64,000 nt of DNA. Origin: the human T2T-CHM13v2.0 reference genome, Homo sapiens. Shown here piece by piece: positions 11,121 to 26,300 of the stretch; the stretch's first letter is position 1; each line of letters opens with the position of its first letter. Made by a program: the position numbers and the translations under genes. The stretch lies in the NCBI RefSeq assembly GCF_009914755.1, contig NC_060933.1; one strand, 5' to 3'. The notes beneath the pieces were generated by a model that worked only from the letters and a program-made list of their open reading frames with translations, was not told the DNA's origin and did not search any database.

Positions 11121-14100
11121 AATGGAATGGAATGGAATGGAATGGAATGGAATGGAATGAAATGGAATGGCATGGAATGGAATGGAATCAACCTGAGTTC
11201 AATGGAATGGAATGGAATGGAATGGAATGGATTCAACCCGAATGGAATGGAAAGGAATGGAATAAACCCGAGTGAAATGGCATGGAAGGGAATGGAATGG
11301 AATGGAATGGTAAGGAATAGAATGGAATGGAACGAAATGGAATGGAATGGAATGGAATGGAATGGAATGGAATGAACCCGTGTGCAATGGAATGGAATGG
11401 AATGGAATGGAATGGAATGGAATGGAATGGAATGGGTTCAACTAGAATGGAATGGAAAGGAATAGAATCAACCCGAGTGGAATGGCATGGAATGGAATGG
11501 AAAGGAATGGAATGGAATGGAATGGAATGGAATGGAATGGAATGGAATGAAATGGAATGGAAGGGAATGGATTGAAATGGAATGGAATGGAATGGAATGG
11601 AATCAACCCTAGTGCAATGTAATGGAATTGAATGGAATGGAATGGAATGGAATGGAATGAATTCTACCCGAATGGAATGGAAAGGAATGGAATAAACCCG
11701 AGTGGAATGGCATGGAATGGATTGGAATGGAATGGAATGGAATACTACGGAAGAGAATGGAATGGAACGAAATGGAATGGAATGGAATGAACACGTGAGC
11801 AATGGAATGGAATCGAATGGAATGGAATGGAATGGAATGGAATGGATTCAACTCGAATGGAATGGAAAGGAATGGAACCAACCCGAGTGGAATGGCATGG
11901 AATGGAATGGAATGGAATGGAATGGAACGGAATGGAATGGAATCAACTCGATTGCAAAGGAATGTAATGGAATGGAATGGAACGGAATTAAGGCAAATAG
12001 AATGGAATGGAAAGGAATGGAAAGGAATGGAATGGAAAGGAATGGAATGGAATCAATCTGAGTGCAGGGGAATGGAATGGAATGGAGTGCAATGGAATGG
12101 AATGGAATGGAATGCAATGGAATCACCTCGATTGCAATGGGATGGAATGGAATGGAATGGAATGGAAGGGAATGGAATGGAATGGAATTAACCTGAACAG
12201 AATGGAATGGAATGGTATGGAATGGAATGGAATGGAATGGAATGGAATGCAATGGAATGGAATCAATCAACGCGAGTGCAATAGAATGCAGTGGAATGGA
12301 ATGGAATGGAATGGAAAGTACCCAAATGGAATGGAATGGAATGGAGTGTAAGGGAATTAAAAAGAATCAATCCGAATGTAATGGAATGGAATTGAAAGGA
12401 AAGGAATGGAATGGAATGGAATGGAATGGAATGGAATGGAATGGAATGAAATGGAATGGCATAGAATGGAATGGAATCAACCCGAGCGCAATGGAATGGA
12501 ATGGAATGGAATGGAATGGAATGGAATGGAATGGATTCAACCCGAATGGAATGGAAAGGAATGGAATAAACCCGAGTGAAATGGCATGGAAGGGAATGGA
12601 ATGGAATGGAATGGTACGGAGTAGAATGGAATGGAACGAAATGGAATGGAATGGAATGGAATGGAATGGAATGGAATGGAATGAACCCGTGAGCAATGGA
12701 ATGGAATGGAATGGAATGGAATGGAATGGATTCAACCCGAATGGAATGGAAAGGAATGGAATAAACCCGAGTGAAATGGCATGGAAGGGAATGGAATGGA
12801 ATGGAATGGTTCGGAGTAGAATGGAACGGAACGAAATGGAATGGAATGGAATGGAATGGAATGGAATGGAATGGAATGAACCCGTGAGCAATGGAATGGA
12901 ATGGAATGGAATGGAATGGAATGGAATGGAATGGGTTCAATTCGAATGGAATGGAAAGGAATGGAATCAACCCGAGTGCAATGGCATGGAATGGAATGGA
13001 ATGGAATGGAATGGAATGGAATGGAATGGAATGGAATGGATTCAACCCAAATGGAATGGAAAGGAATGGAATAAACCCGAGTGGAATGGCATGGAATGGA
13101 GTGGAATGGAATGGAATGGAATGGAATGGAATGGAATGGAATTAACCCTAATAGAATGGAATGGAATGGAATGGAATGGAATAGAAGGGAATGGAATGGA
13201 ATGGAATGGAATGGAATTAACCCGAATAGAATGGAATGGAATGGAATGGAATGGAATGGAATGGAATCAACTCGATTTCAATGGAATGGAATGGAATGGA
13301 AGGGAATGGAATGGAATGGAATGAAATTAACCCGAATAGAATGGAATGGAATGGAATGGAATGAAATGGAATGGAATGGAATGGAATAGAATGTAATCCA
13401 ACCGAGTGCAGGGGAATGGAATGGAATGGAATGCAATGGAATGGAATCATACGGAATGGAATGGAATGGAATGGAATGCAATGGAATGGAATGGAATCAA
13501 CCCGATTGCAATGGAATGGAGTGGAATGGAATGGAATGGAATGGAAACAACCCGAATGGAATGGAATGGAAAGGAATCGAATGGAATCAACCTGAGTGCA
13601 GGGGAATGGAATGGAATGGAATGCAATGGAATGTAATGGAATGGAATGCAATGGAATCAACCCGAGTGCAATGTAATGGAATCGAATGGAATGGAATGGA
13701 ATGGAAAGGATTCAACCCGAATGGAATGGAAAGGAATGGAATAAACCCGAGTGGAATGGCATGGAGTGGAGTGGAATGGAATGGAATGGAATAGAATGGA
13801 ATGGAATGGAATCAAACCGAGTGCAGGGGAATGGAATGGAATTGAAGGCAATGGAATGGAATCATCCGGAATTGAATCGAATGGAATGGAATCAACTCGA
13901 TTGCAATGGAATGGAATGGAATGGCATGGAATGGAATGGAATGGAATGCAATGCAATGGAATGCAATGGAATGGAATGGAATTAACCCGAATAGAATGGA
14001 ATGGAATGGAATGGAAATAAATGGAATGGAAGGTAATGAACCCGAGTGCAGGGGAATGGAATGGAATGGAATGCAATGGAATGGAGTCATCCGGAATGGA

Positions 14101-17100
14101 ACGGAAAGGAATGGAATGGAACCAACCCGTGTGCAATGGAATTGAAAGGAATGGAATGGAATGGAATGGAATGGAATGGAATGGAATGGATTCAACCCGA
14201 ATGGAATGGAAAGGAAGGGAATCAACCCAAGTGGAATGGCATGGAATGGAATGGATTGGAATGGAATGGAATGGAATGCTACCGAATAGAATGGAATGGA
14301 ACGAAATGGAGTAGAATGGAATGGAATGGAATGCAATCAACCCGAGTGCAATGGAATGGAGTGGAATGGATTGGAATGGAATGGAAACAACCTGAATGGA
14401 ATGGAATGAAATGGAGTGTAAGGGAATTGAATACAATCAAACCGAATGTAATGGAATGGAATGGAACGGAATGGAATGGAATGGAATGGAATGGAATGGA
14501 ATGCAGTGGAATGCAATCAAACCTAGTGCAATGGAATGGAATGGAATGGAATGGAATGGAATGGAATGGAATGGAATCAATTCGATTGCAATGGAATGGA
14601 ATGGAATGGAATGGAATGGAATGGGGTCAACTCGAAAGGAATGGAAAGGAATGGAATCAACCCGAGTGGAATGGCATGGAATGGAATGCAATGGAATGGA
14701 ATGGAATGGAATGGAATGCAATGGAATGGAATGGAATGCAATGGAATCAACCCGAGTGCTATGTAATGGAATTGAATGGAATGGAATGGAATGGAATGGA
14801 ATGGATTCAACCCGAATGGAATGGAAAGGAATGGAATAAACCCGAGTGGAATGGCATGGAATGGAGTGGAATGGAATGGAATGGAATGGAATGGTACGGA
14901 ATAGAATGGAATGGAACGAAATGGAATGTAATGTAATGGAATGGAATGGAATGGAATGAACCCGTGTGCAATGGAATGGAATGGAAAGGAATGGAATGGA
15001 ATGGAATGAACCCGTGTGCAATGGAATGGAATCGAATGGAATGGAATGGAATGGAATGGATTCAAGTCGAATGGAATGGAAAGGAATGGAATCAACCCGA
15101 GTGGAATGGCATGGAATGGAATGGAATGAAATGGAATGGAATGGAATGGAATGGTACAGAATAGAACGGAATGAAACGAAATGGAATGGAATGGAATGGA
15201 ATGGAATGGAATGGAATGGAATGGAAAGGAATGGAATGGAATCAACCCGAGTGCAGGTGAATGGAATGGAATGGAAGGCAATGGAATGCAATCATCCGGA
15301 ATTGAATGGAATGGAATGGAATGCAATGGAATCAACTCGATTGCAATGGAATGTAATGGAATGGAATGGAATGGAATTAACCCTAATAGAATGGAATGGA
15401 ATGGAATGGAATGGAATGGAATGGAAAGGAATGGAATGGAATCAACCCGAGTGCAGGTGAATGGAATGGAATGGAAGGCAATGGAATGCAATCATCCGGA
15501 ATTGAATGGAATGGAATGGAATGGAATGGAATCAACTCGATTGCAATGGAATGTAATGGAATGGAATGGAATGGAATTAACCCTAATAGAATGGAATGGA
15601 ATGGAATGGAAGGGAATGGAATGGAATGGAATGGAATGGAATTAACCGGAATAGAATGCAATGGAATGGAATGGAATGGAATGGAATGGAATGGAATGAA
15701 ATGGAATCAACTCGATTTCAATGGAATGGAATGGAATGGAATGGAATGGAATGGAATGAAATTAACCCGAATAGAATGGAATGGAATGGAATGGAATGGA
15801 ATGGAATGGAATGGAATAGAGTGGAATGGAATGGAATGGAATAGAATGGAATCCACCCGAGTGCAGGGGAATGGAATGGAATGGAATGCAATGGAATGGA
15901 ATCATACGGAAGGGAATGGAATGGAATGGAATGGAATCAACCCGATTGCAATGGAATGGAGTGGAATGGAATGGAATGGAATGGAAACAACCCGAATGGA
16001 ATGGAATGGAATGGAATGGAGTGTAAGGGAATTGAATAGAATCAATACGAATGTAATGGAATGGAATGGAACGGAATGGAATGCAGTGGAATGGAATGGA
16101 ATCCAATGGAATGGGTTCAACCCGAGTGCAATGGAATGGAATCGAAAGTAATGGAATGGAATGGAATGGATTCAACACGAATGGAATGTAAAGGAATGGA
16201 ATCAACCCGAGTGGAATGGAATTTAATGGAATGGAATGGAATGGAATGCAGTGAAATGGAATCAAACCTAGTGCAATGGAATGGAATGGAATGGAATGGA
16301 ATGGAATGGAATGCAGTGAAATGGAATCAAACCTAGTGCAATGGAATGGAATGGAATGGAATGGATTAGATTCAACCCAAATGGAATGGAAAGCAATGGA
16401 ATCAACCCGAGTGGAATGGCATGGAATGGAATGGAATGGAATGGAATGGAATGGAAAGGTACGGAATAGAATGGAATGGAACGAAATGGAATGGAATGGG
16501 ATGGAATGGAATGGAATGGAATGGAATGGAATAGAATGGAATCCACCCGATTACAGGGGAATGGAATGGAATGGAATGCAAAGGAATGGAATGGAATGGA
16601 TTCAACCCGAATGGAATGGAAAGGAAAGGAATAATCCCGAGTGAAATGGCATGGAAGGGAATGGAATGGAATGGAATGGTACGGAGTAGAATGGAATGGA
16701 ACGAAATGGAATGGAATGGAATGGAATGGAATGAACCCGTGAGCAATGGAATGGAATGGAATGGAATGGAATGGAATGGAATTTGTTCAACTCGAATGGA
16801 ATGGAAAGGAATGGAATCAACCCGAGTGGAATGGCATGGAATGGAATGGAATGGAATGGAATGGAATGGAATGGAATGGAATGGAATGGATTCAACCCGA
16901 ATGGAATGGAAAGGAATGGAATAAACCCGAGTGGAATGGCATGGAATGGAGTGGAATGGAATGGAATGGAAGGGAATGGTACGGAATAGAATGGAATGGA
17001 ACGAAATGGAATGGAATGGAACGGAATGGAATGGAATGGAATGGAATGGAATGAACCCGTGTGCAATTGAATGGAATCGAATGGAATGGAATGCAATGGA

Positions 17101-17481
17101 AAGGATTCAACTAGAATGGAATGGAAAGGAATGGAATCAACCCGAGTGGAATGGCATTGTATGGAATGGAATGGAATGGAATGGAATGGAAAGGTACGGA
17201 ATAGAATGGAATGGAACAAAATGGAATGGAATGGAATGGAATGAATGGAATGGAATGGAATAGAATGGAATCCACCCGATTGCAGGGGAATGGAATGGAA
17301 CGGAATGCAATGGAATGGAATGGAATGGAATGGATTCAACCCGAATGGAATGGAAAGGAATGGAATCAACCCGAGTGGAATGGCATGGAATGGAATGGAA
17401 TGGAATGGAATAGTACGGAATAGAATGGAATGGAACGAAATGGAATGGAATGGAATCAACCTGAGTGCAATGGAATGGAGT

Positions 17482-20400
17482 GGAATGGAATGGAATGGAA
17501 TGGAATGGAATCAACTCGATTGGAATGGAATGGAATGGAATGGAATGGAATGGAATGGAATTAACCCGAATAGAATGGAATGGAATTGAATGGAACGGAA
17601 CGGAACGGAATGGAATGGAATGGAATGGAATGGAATGGAATGGAATCAACCAGACTGTAGGGGAATGGAATGGAATGGAATGCAATGGAATGGATTCAAC
17701 TTGAATGGAATGGAAAGAATGGAATCAACACGAGTGGAATGGCATGGATTGGAATGGAATGGAATGGAGTCAACCCGAGTACAGGGGAATGGAATGGAAT
17801 GGAATGCAATGGAATGGAATCATCCGTAATGGAATGGAAAGGAATGGAATGGAATGGAATGGAATGGAATGGAATGGAATGGAATGGAATAGAATCAACT
17901 CGATTGCAATCGAATGGAATGGAATGGAATTAACCCAAATAGAATGGAAAGGAATGGAATGGAACGGAACGGAACGGAATGGAATGGAATAGAATGGAAT
18001 GGAATGGAATCAACGCGAGTGCAGGGGAATGGAATGGAATGGAATACAATGGAATAGAATCTTCCGGAATGGAATGGAATGGAATGGAATGGAATGGAAT
18101 CAACCCGAGTGCAGTGGAATGGAGTGGAATGGAATGGAATGGAATGGAACAACCCGAATGGAACGGAATGTAATGGAGAGTAACGGAGTTGAATAGAATC
18201 AATCCGAATGTAATGGAATGGAATGGAACGGAATGGAATTGAATGGAATGGAATGGAATGCAATGGAATGGAATCAACCCGAGTTCAATGGAATGGAGAG
18301 GAATGGAATGGAATGCAATGGAATGGATTCAACTTGAATGGAATGGAAAGAATGGAATCAACACGAGTGGAATGGCATGGATTGGAATGGAATGGAATGG
18401 AATCAACCCGAGTACAGGGGAATGGAATGGAATGGAATGCAATGGAATGGAATCATCCGTAATGGAATGGAAAGGAATGGAATGGAATGGAATGGAATGG
18501 AATGGAATCAACTCGATTGCAATCGAATGGAATGGAATGGAATTAACCCGAATAGAATGGAATTTAATGGAATGGAACGGAACGGAATGGAATGGAATGG
18601 AATGGAATGGAATGGAATGGAATTGAACGGAACGGAATGGAATGGAATGGAATGGAATGGAATGGAATCAACGCGAGTGCAGGGGAATGGAATGGAATGG
18701 AATGCAATGGAATGGAATCTTCCGGAATGGAATGGAATGGAATGGAATGGAATGAAATGCAATGGATTCAACTCGATTGCAATGGAATGGAATAGAATGG
18801 AATGGAATGGAATGGAATGGAATTAATCCGAATAGAATGGAATGGAATGGAATGGAACGGAATGGAATGGAACGGAATGGAATGGAATGGAATGGAATGA
18901 ACCCGTGTGCAATGGAATGGAATGGAATGGAATGGAATCAACCCGAGTGCAATGGAATGGAATGGAATGGAAAGGAATGGAATGGAACGGATTCAACCCG
19001 AATGGAATGGAAAGGAATGGAATCAACCCGAGAGGAATGGCATGGAATGGAATGGAATGGAATGGAGTGGAATGGTACGGAATAGAATGTAATGGAACGA
19101 AACGGAATGGAATGGAATGGAATGGAATGGAATGGAATCATTCCGAGTGGAATAGAAGGGAATGTTTTCGAGTGGAATGAAAAGGAATGGTATCAACCAG
19201 AGTGGAATTGAATGGAATCGAATGGAATGGAAAGGAATAGAATGGAATCAACCCGAGTGGAATGGAATGGAAAGGACTGGAATGGAAAGGAATGGAATGC
19301 AATGGAATCAACTCGATTGCAATGAGATGGAATGGAATGGAATGGAATGGAATGGAATGGAATGGAATGGAATGGAATAGAATGGAAAGGAATCACCCCA
19401 AGTGCAGGGGAATTTAATGGAATGGAATGCAGTGGAATGGAATCATCCGGAATGGAATGGAATGGAATGGAATGGAATCAACTCGATTGGAATGGAATGG
19501 AATGGAATGGAATGGAATGGAATGGAATTAACCCGAATAGAATGGAATGGAATTGAATGGAACGGAACGGAACGGAATGGAATGGAATGGAATGGAATGG
19601 AATGGAATGGAATCAACCAGACTGTAGGGGAATGGAATGGAATGGAATGCAATGGAATGGATTCAACTTGAATGGAATGGAAAGAATGGAATCAACACGA
19701 GTGGAATGGCATGGATTGGAATGGAATGGAATGGAGTCAACCCGAGTACAGGGGAATGGAATGGAATGGAATGCAATGGAATGGAATCATCCGTAATGGA
19801 ATGGAAAGGAATGGAATGGAATGGAATGGAATGGAATGGAATGGAATGGAATGGAATAGAATCAACTCGATTGCAATCGAATGGAATGGAATGGAATTAA
19901 CCCAAATAGAATGGAAAGGAATGGAATGGAACGGAACGGAACGGAATGGAATGGAATAGAATGGAATGGAATGGAATCAACGCGAGTGCAGGGGAATGGA
20001 ATGGAATGGAATACAATGGAATAGAATCTTCCGGAATGGAATGGAATGGAATGGAATGGAATGGAATCAACCCGAGTGCAGTGGAATGGAGTGGAATGGA
20101 ATGGAATGGAATGGAACAACCCGAATGGAACGGAATGTAATGGAGAGTAACGGAGTTGAATAGAATCAATCCGAATGTAATGGAATGGAATGGAACGGAA
20201 TGGAATTGAATGGAATGGAATGGAATGCAATGGAATGGAATCAACCCGAGTTCAATGGAATGGAGAGGAATGGAATGGAATGCAATGGAATGGATTCAAC
20301 TTGAATGGAATGGAAAGAATGGAATCAACACGAGTGGAATGGCATGGATTGGAATGGAATGGAATGGAATCAACCCGAGTACAGGGGAATGGAATGGAAT

Positions 20401-21444
20401 GGAATGCAATGGAATGGAATCATCCGTAATGGAATGGAAAGGAATGGAATGGAATGGAATGGAATGGAATGGAATCAACTCGATTGCAATCGAATGGAAT
20501 GGAATGGAATTAACCCGAATAGAATGGAATTTAATGGAATGGAACGGAACGGAATGGAATGGAATGGAATGGAATGGAATGGAATGGAATTGAACGGAAC
20601 GGAATGGAATGGAATGGAATGGAATGGAATGGAATCAACGCGAGTGCAGGGGAATGGAATGGAATGGAATGCAATGGAATGGAATCTTCCGGAATGGAAT
20701 GGAATGGAATGGAATGGAATGAAATGCAATGGATTCAACTCGATTGCAATGGAATGGAATAGAATGGAATGGAATGGAATGGAATGGAATTAATCCGAAT
20801 AGAATGGAATGGAATGGAATGGAACGGAATGGAATGGAACGGAATGGAATGGAATGGAATGGAATGAACCCGTGTGCAATGGAATGGAATGGAATGGAAT
20901 GGAATCAACCCGAGTGCAATGGAATGGAATGGAATGGAAAGGAATGGAATGGAACGGATTCAACCCGAATGGAATGGAAAGGAATGGAATCAACCCGAGA
21001 GGAATGGCATGGAATGGAATGGAATGGAATGGAGTGGAATGGTACGGAATAGAATGTAATGGAACGAAACGGAATGGAATGGAATGGAATGGAATGGAAT
21101 GGAATCATTCCGAGTGGAATAGAAGGGAATGTTTTCGAGTGGAATGAAAAGGAATGGTATCAACCAGAGTGGAATTGAATGGAATCGAATGGAATGGAAA
21201 GGAATAGAATGGAATCAACCCGAGTGGAATGGAATGGAAAGGACTGGAATGGAAAGGAATGGAATGCAATGGAATCAACTCGATTGCAATGAGATGGAAT
21301 GGAATGGAATGGAATGGAATGGAATGGAATGGAATGGAATGGAATAGAATGGAAAGGAATCACCCCAAGTGCAGGGGAATTTAATGGAATGGAATGCAGT
21401 GGAATGGAATCATCCGGAATGGAATGGAATGGAATGGAATGGAA
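17482..21444. repeat. Near-perfect tandem duplication, 1967-bp unit x2
   Basis: Identical ORF-track translations recur at a constant offset of 1967 (17590/19557, 17895/19862, 18338/20305, 18938/20905, 19162/21129). Rare variants such as caaccagactgtaggg and caccccaagtgcaggggaatttaa are in both copies. Confidence 0.93.
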
Positions 21445-23355
21445 CGGAATGGAATGGAATCTACTCGATTTCAATGGAATGGAAAGGAATGGAATGGAAT
21501 GGAATGCAATGGAATCGTACGGAATAGAATGGAATGGAACGAAATGGAATGTAATGGAATGGAATGGAATGGAATGGAATGGAATGGAATGGAATGGGTT
21601 CAACTCGAATGGAATGGAAAGGAATGGAATCAAAACGAGTGGAATGGCATGGAATGGAATGGAATTGAATGAAATGGAATGGAATGGAATGGAATGAAAT
21701 GTAATGGAATTGAAAGGAATGGAATCAACACGAGTGGAATGGCATGGAATGGAATGGAATTGAATGAAATGGAATGGAATGGAATGGAATGAAATGTAAT
21801 GGAATGGAAAGGAATGGAATCAACACGAGTGGAATGGCATGGAATGGAATGGAATCGAATGGAATGGAATGGAATGGAATGGATTCAACTCTAATGGAAT
21901 GGAAGGGAATGGAATCAACGCGAGTGGAATGGCATAGAATGGAATGGAATGGAAAGGAATGGAATGGAGTGGAATGGAATGGTACGGAATAGAATGGAAT
22001 GGAACGAAATGGAATGGAATGAAATGGAAAGCAATGGAATGGAATGGAATGGAATGGAATCAACCCGAGTGCAGGGGAATGGAATGGAATTGAAGGCAAT
22101 GGAATGGAATCATCCGGAATTGAATGGAATGGAATGGAATGAACTCGATTGCAATGGAATGGAATGGAATGTAATGTAATGGAATGGAATGGAATGGAAT
22201 GGAATTAACCCGAATAGAACGGAATGGAATGGAATGGAATGGAATGGAATGGTACGGAATAGAATGGAATGGAACCAAATGGAATGGAATGAAATGGAAT
22301 GGAATGGAATGGAATGGAATGGAAGCAACCCGACTGCAGGGGAATGGAATGGAATTGAAGGCAATGGAATGGAATCATCCGGAATTGAATGGAATGGAAT
22401 GGAATCAACTCGATTGCAATGGAATGGAATGGAATGGAATGGAATGGAATGGAATGGAATGGAATGGAATTAACCCGAATAGAATGGAATGGAATGGAAT
22501 GGAATGGAATGGAAGTAAATGGAATGGAATGTAATGAACCCGAGTGCAGGGGAATGGAATGGAATGGAATGCAATGGAATGGAGTCATCCGGAATGGAAC
22601 AGAAAGGAATGGAATGGAATCAACCCGTGTGCAATGGAATGGAAAGGAATGGAATGGAATGGAATGGAATGGAATGGAATGGAATGGAATGGATTCAACC
22701 CGAATGGAATGGAAAGGAAGGGAATCAACCCAAGTGGAATGGCATGGAATGGAATGGAATGGAATGGAATGGAATGGAATGGAATGGAATGGAATGGTAC
22801 CGAATAGAATGGAATGGAATGGAATGGAATGGAATCAACCCGAGTGCAATGGAATGGAGTGGAATGGAATGGAATGGAATGGAAACAACCCGAATGGAAT
22901 GGAATGAAATGGAGTGTAAGGGAATTGAATACAATCAATCCGAATGTAATGGAATGGAATGGAACGGAATGGAATGGAATGGAATGGAATGCAGTGGAAT
23001 GGAATCAAACCTAGTGCAATGGAATGGAATGGAATTGAATGGAATGGAATGGAATGGAATGGATTCAATCCAAATGGAATGGAAAGCAATGGAATCAACC
23101 CGAGTGGAATGGCATGGAATGGAATGGAATGGAATGGAATGGAATGGAATGGAATAGAACGGAATGGACCGAAATGGAATGGAATGGAATGGAATGGAAC
23201 TGAATGGAATGGAATCAACTCGATTGCAATAGAATGTAATGGAATGGAATTAACCCGAATAGAATGGAATGGAAAGGAATGGAACGGAATGGAATGGAAT
23301 GGAATGGAATCAACGCGAGTGCAGGGGAATGGAATGGAATGAAATGCAACGGAAT

Positions 23356-26300
23356 GGAATCTTCCCGAATGGAATGGAATGGAATGGAATGGAATGAAAG
23401 GCAATGGATTCAACTCGATTGCAATGCAATGGAATAGAATGGAAGGGAATGGAATGGAATAGAATGGAATTGAATGGAATGGAATGCCTTCAAACCGAAT
23501 GGAATGGAAAGGAATGGAATCAACACGAGTGGAAAAGAATGGAATGGAAAGCAATGGAATGGAATGGAATGGTACGGAATAGAACGGAATGGAACGAACT
23601 GGAATGGAATGGAATGGAATGGAATGGAATGGAATGGAATGGAATGGAATCGTTCCGAGTGGAATAGGAGGGAATGTATTCGAGTGGAATGGAAAGGAAT
23701 GGAATCAACCAGAGTGGAATGGAAGGGAATGGAATGGAATGGAAACTAATAGAATGGAATCAACCCGAGTGGAATGGAATGGAAAGGACTGGAATGGAAT
23801 GGAATGGAATGGAATGGAAGGGAATCAACTGGATTGTAATGGAATGGAATGGAATGGAATGGAATGGAATGGAATGGAATTAACCCGAATACAATGGAAT
23901 GGAATGGAATGGAACCGAATGGAGTGGAATGGAATGGAATCAACCCGAGTGTAATGGAATGGAAAGGACTGGAATGGAGTGGAATGGAATGGAACGCAAT
24001 GGAATGGAATCAACTCGATTGGAATGGAATGGAATGGAATGGAATGCAATGGAATGGAATCTTCCGGAATGGAATGGAATGGAATGGAATGGAATGGAAT
24101 AAACCCGAGTGCAATGGAATGGAGTGGAATGGAATGGAATGGTATGGAACAACCCGAATGGAATGGAATGTAATGGAGAGTAAGGGAGTTGAATAGAATC
24201 AATCCGAATGGAATGGAATGGAATGGAACGGAATGGAATTGAATGGAATGGAATGGAATGCAATGGAATGGAATCAACCCGAGTGCAATGGAATGGAGAG
24301 GAATGGAATGGAATGGAATGGAACGGAAAGGAATGGAATGGAATGGGATGGAATGGAATGGAATGGAATCAACGCGAGTGCAGGGGAATGGAATGGAATG
24401 GAATGCAATGGAATGGAATCTTCCGGAATGGAATGGAATGGAATCGAATGGAATGAAATGGAATGGAATAAACCTGAATGCAATGGAATGGAGTGGAATG
24501 GAATGGAATGGAATGGAACAGCCCGAATGGAATGGAATGTAATAGAGAGTAAGGGAGTTGAATAGAATCAATCCGAATGTAATGGAATGGAATGGAACGG
24601 AATGGAATTGAATGGAATGGAATGGAATGCAATGGAATGGAATCAACCCGAGTGCAATGGAATGGAGAGGAATGGAATGGAATGGAATGGAAACTACCCG
24701 AATGGAATGGAATGTAATGGAGAGTAAGGGAATTGAATAGAATCAATCCGAATGTAATGGAATGGAATGGAACGGAATGGAATGGAATGGAATGGAATGC
24801 AATGGAATGGAATCAACCCAAGTGCAATCGAATGGAATCGAATGGAATGGAATGCAATGGAATGGATTCAACTTGAATGGAATGGAAAGAATGGAATCAA
24901 CACGAGTGGAAGGGCATGGATTGGAATGCAATGGAATAGAATCAACCCGAGTACAGGGGAATGGAATGGAATGGAATGCAATGGAATGGTTTCATCCGTA
25001 ATGGAATGGAAAGGAATGGAATGGAATGGAATGGAATGGAATGGAATCAACACGATTGCAATCGAATGGAATGGAATGGAATTAACCCGAATAGAATGGA
25101 ATGGAATGGAATGGAACGGAACGGAACGGAATGGAATGGAATGGAATGGAATGGAACGGAACGGAATGGAATGGAATGGAATGGAATGGAATGGAAACAA
25201 CGCGAGTGCAGGGGAATGGAATGGAATGGAATGCAATGGAATGGAATCTTCCGGAATACAATGGAATGGAATGGAATGGAATGGAATGGAATGGAATGGA
25301 ATGGAATCAACTCGATTGCAATCGAATGGAATGGAATGGAATTAACCCGAATAGAATGGAATGGAATGGAATGGAACGGAACGGAACGGAACGAAACGGA
25401 ATGGAATGGAATGGAATGGAATGGAATGGAACGGAAAGGAATGGAATGGAACGGAATGGAATGGAATGGAATGGAATGGAATCAACGCGAGTGCAGGGGA
25501 ATGGAATGTAATGGAATGCAATGGAGTGGAATCTTCCGGAATGGAATGGAATGGAATGGAATGGAATGGAATCAACGCGAGTGCAGGGGAATGGAATGGA
25601 ATGGAATGCAATGGAATGGAATCTTCCGGAATGGAATGGAATGGAATGAAATGCAATGGATTCAACTCGATTGCAATGGAATGGAATAGAATGGAATGGA
25701 ATGGAATGGAATGGAATTAACCCGAATAGAATGGAATGGAATGCAATGGAACGGAATGGATCGGAATGGAATGGAATGGAATGGAATGGAATGGAATGGT
25801 ATGGAATGGAATGGAATGGTAGGCAATAGAATGGAATGTAACGAATTGTAATGGAATGGAATTGAATGGAATGGAACGGAATCAACGCGAGTGCAGGGGA
25901 ATGAAATGGAACGGAATGCAATGGAATGGAATCATCCGGAATGGAACGGAATGGAATGGAATGGAATAGAATGGAATCATCCCGAGTGCAATGGAATGGA
26001 GTGGAATGGAATGGAATGGAATGGAACAACCCGAATGGAATGGAATGTAATGGAGAGTAAGGGAGTTGAATAGAATCAATACGAATGTAATGGAATGTAA
26101 TGCAACGGAATGGAATGGAATGGAATGCAATGGAATGCAATCAACCCGAGTACAATGGAATGGAATGGAATGGAATGGAATGGAATGGAATGGAATGGAA
26201 TACCTTCAAACCGAATGGAATGGAAAGGAATGGAATCAACACGAGTGGAATGGAATGGAATGGAATGGAATGTAATGGAATGGAATGATACGGAATAGAA

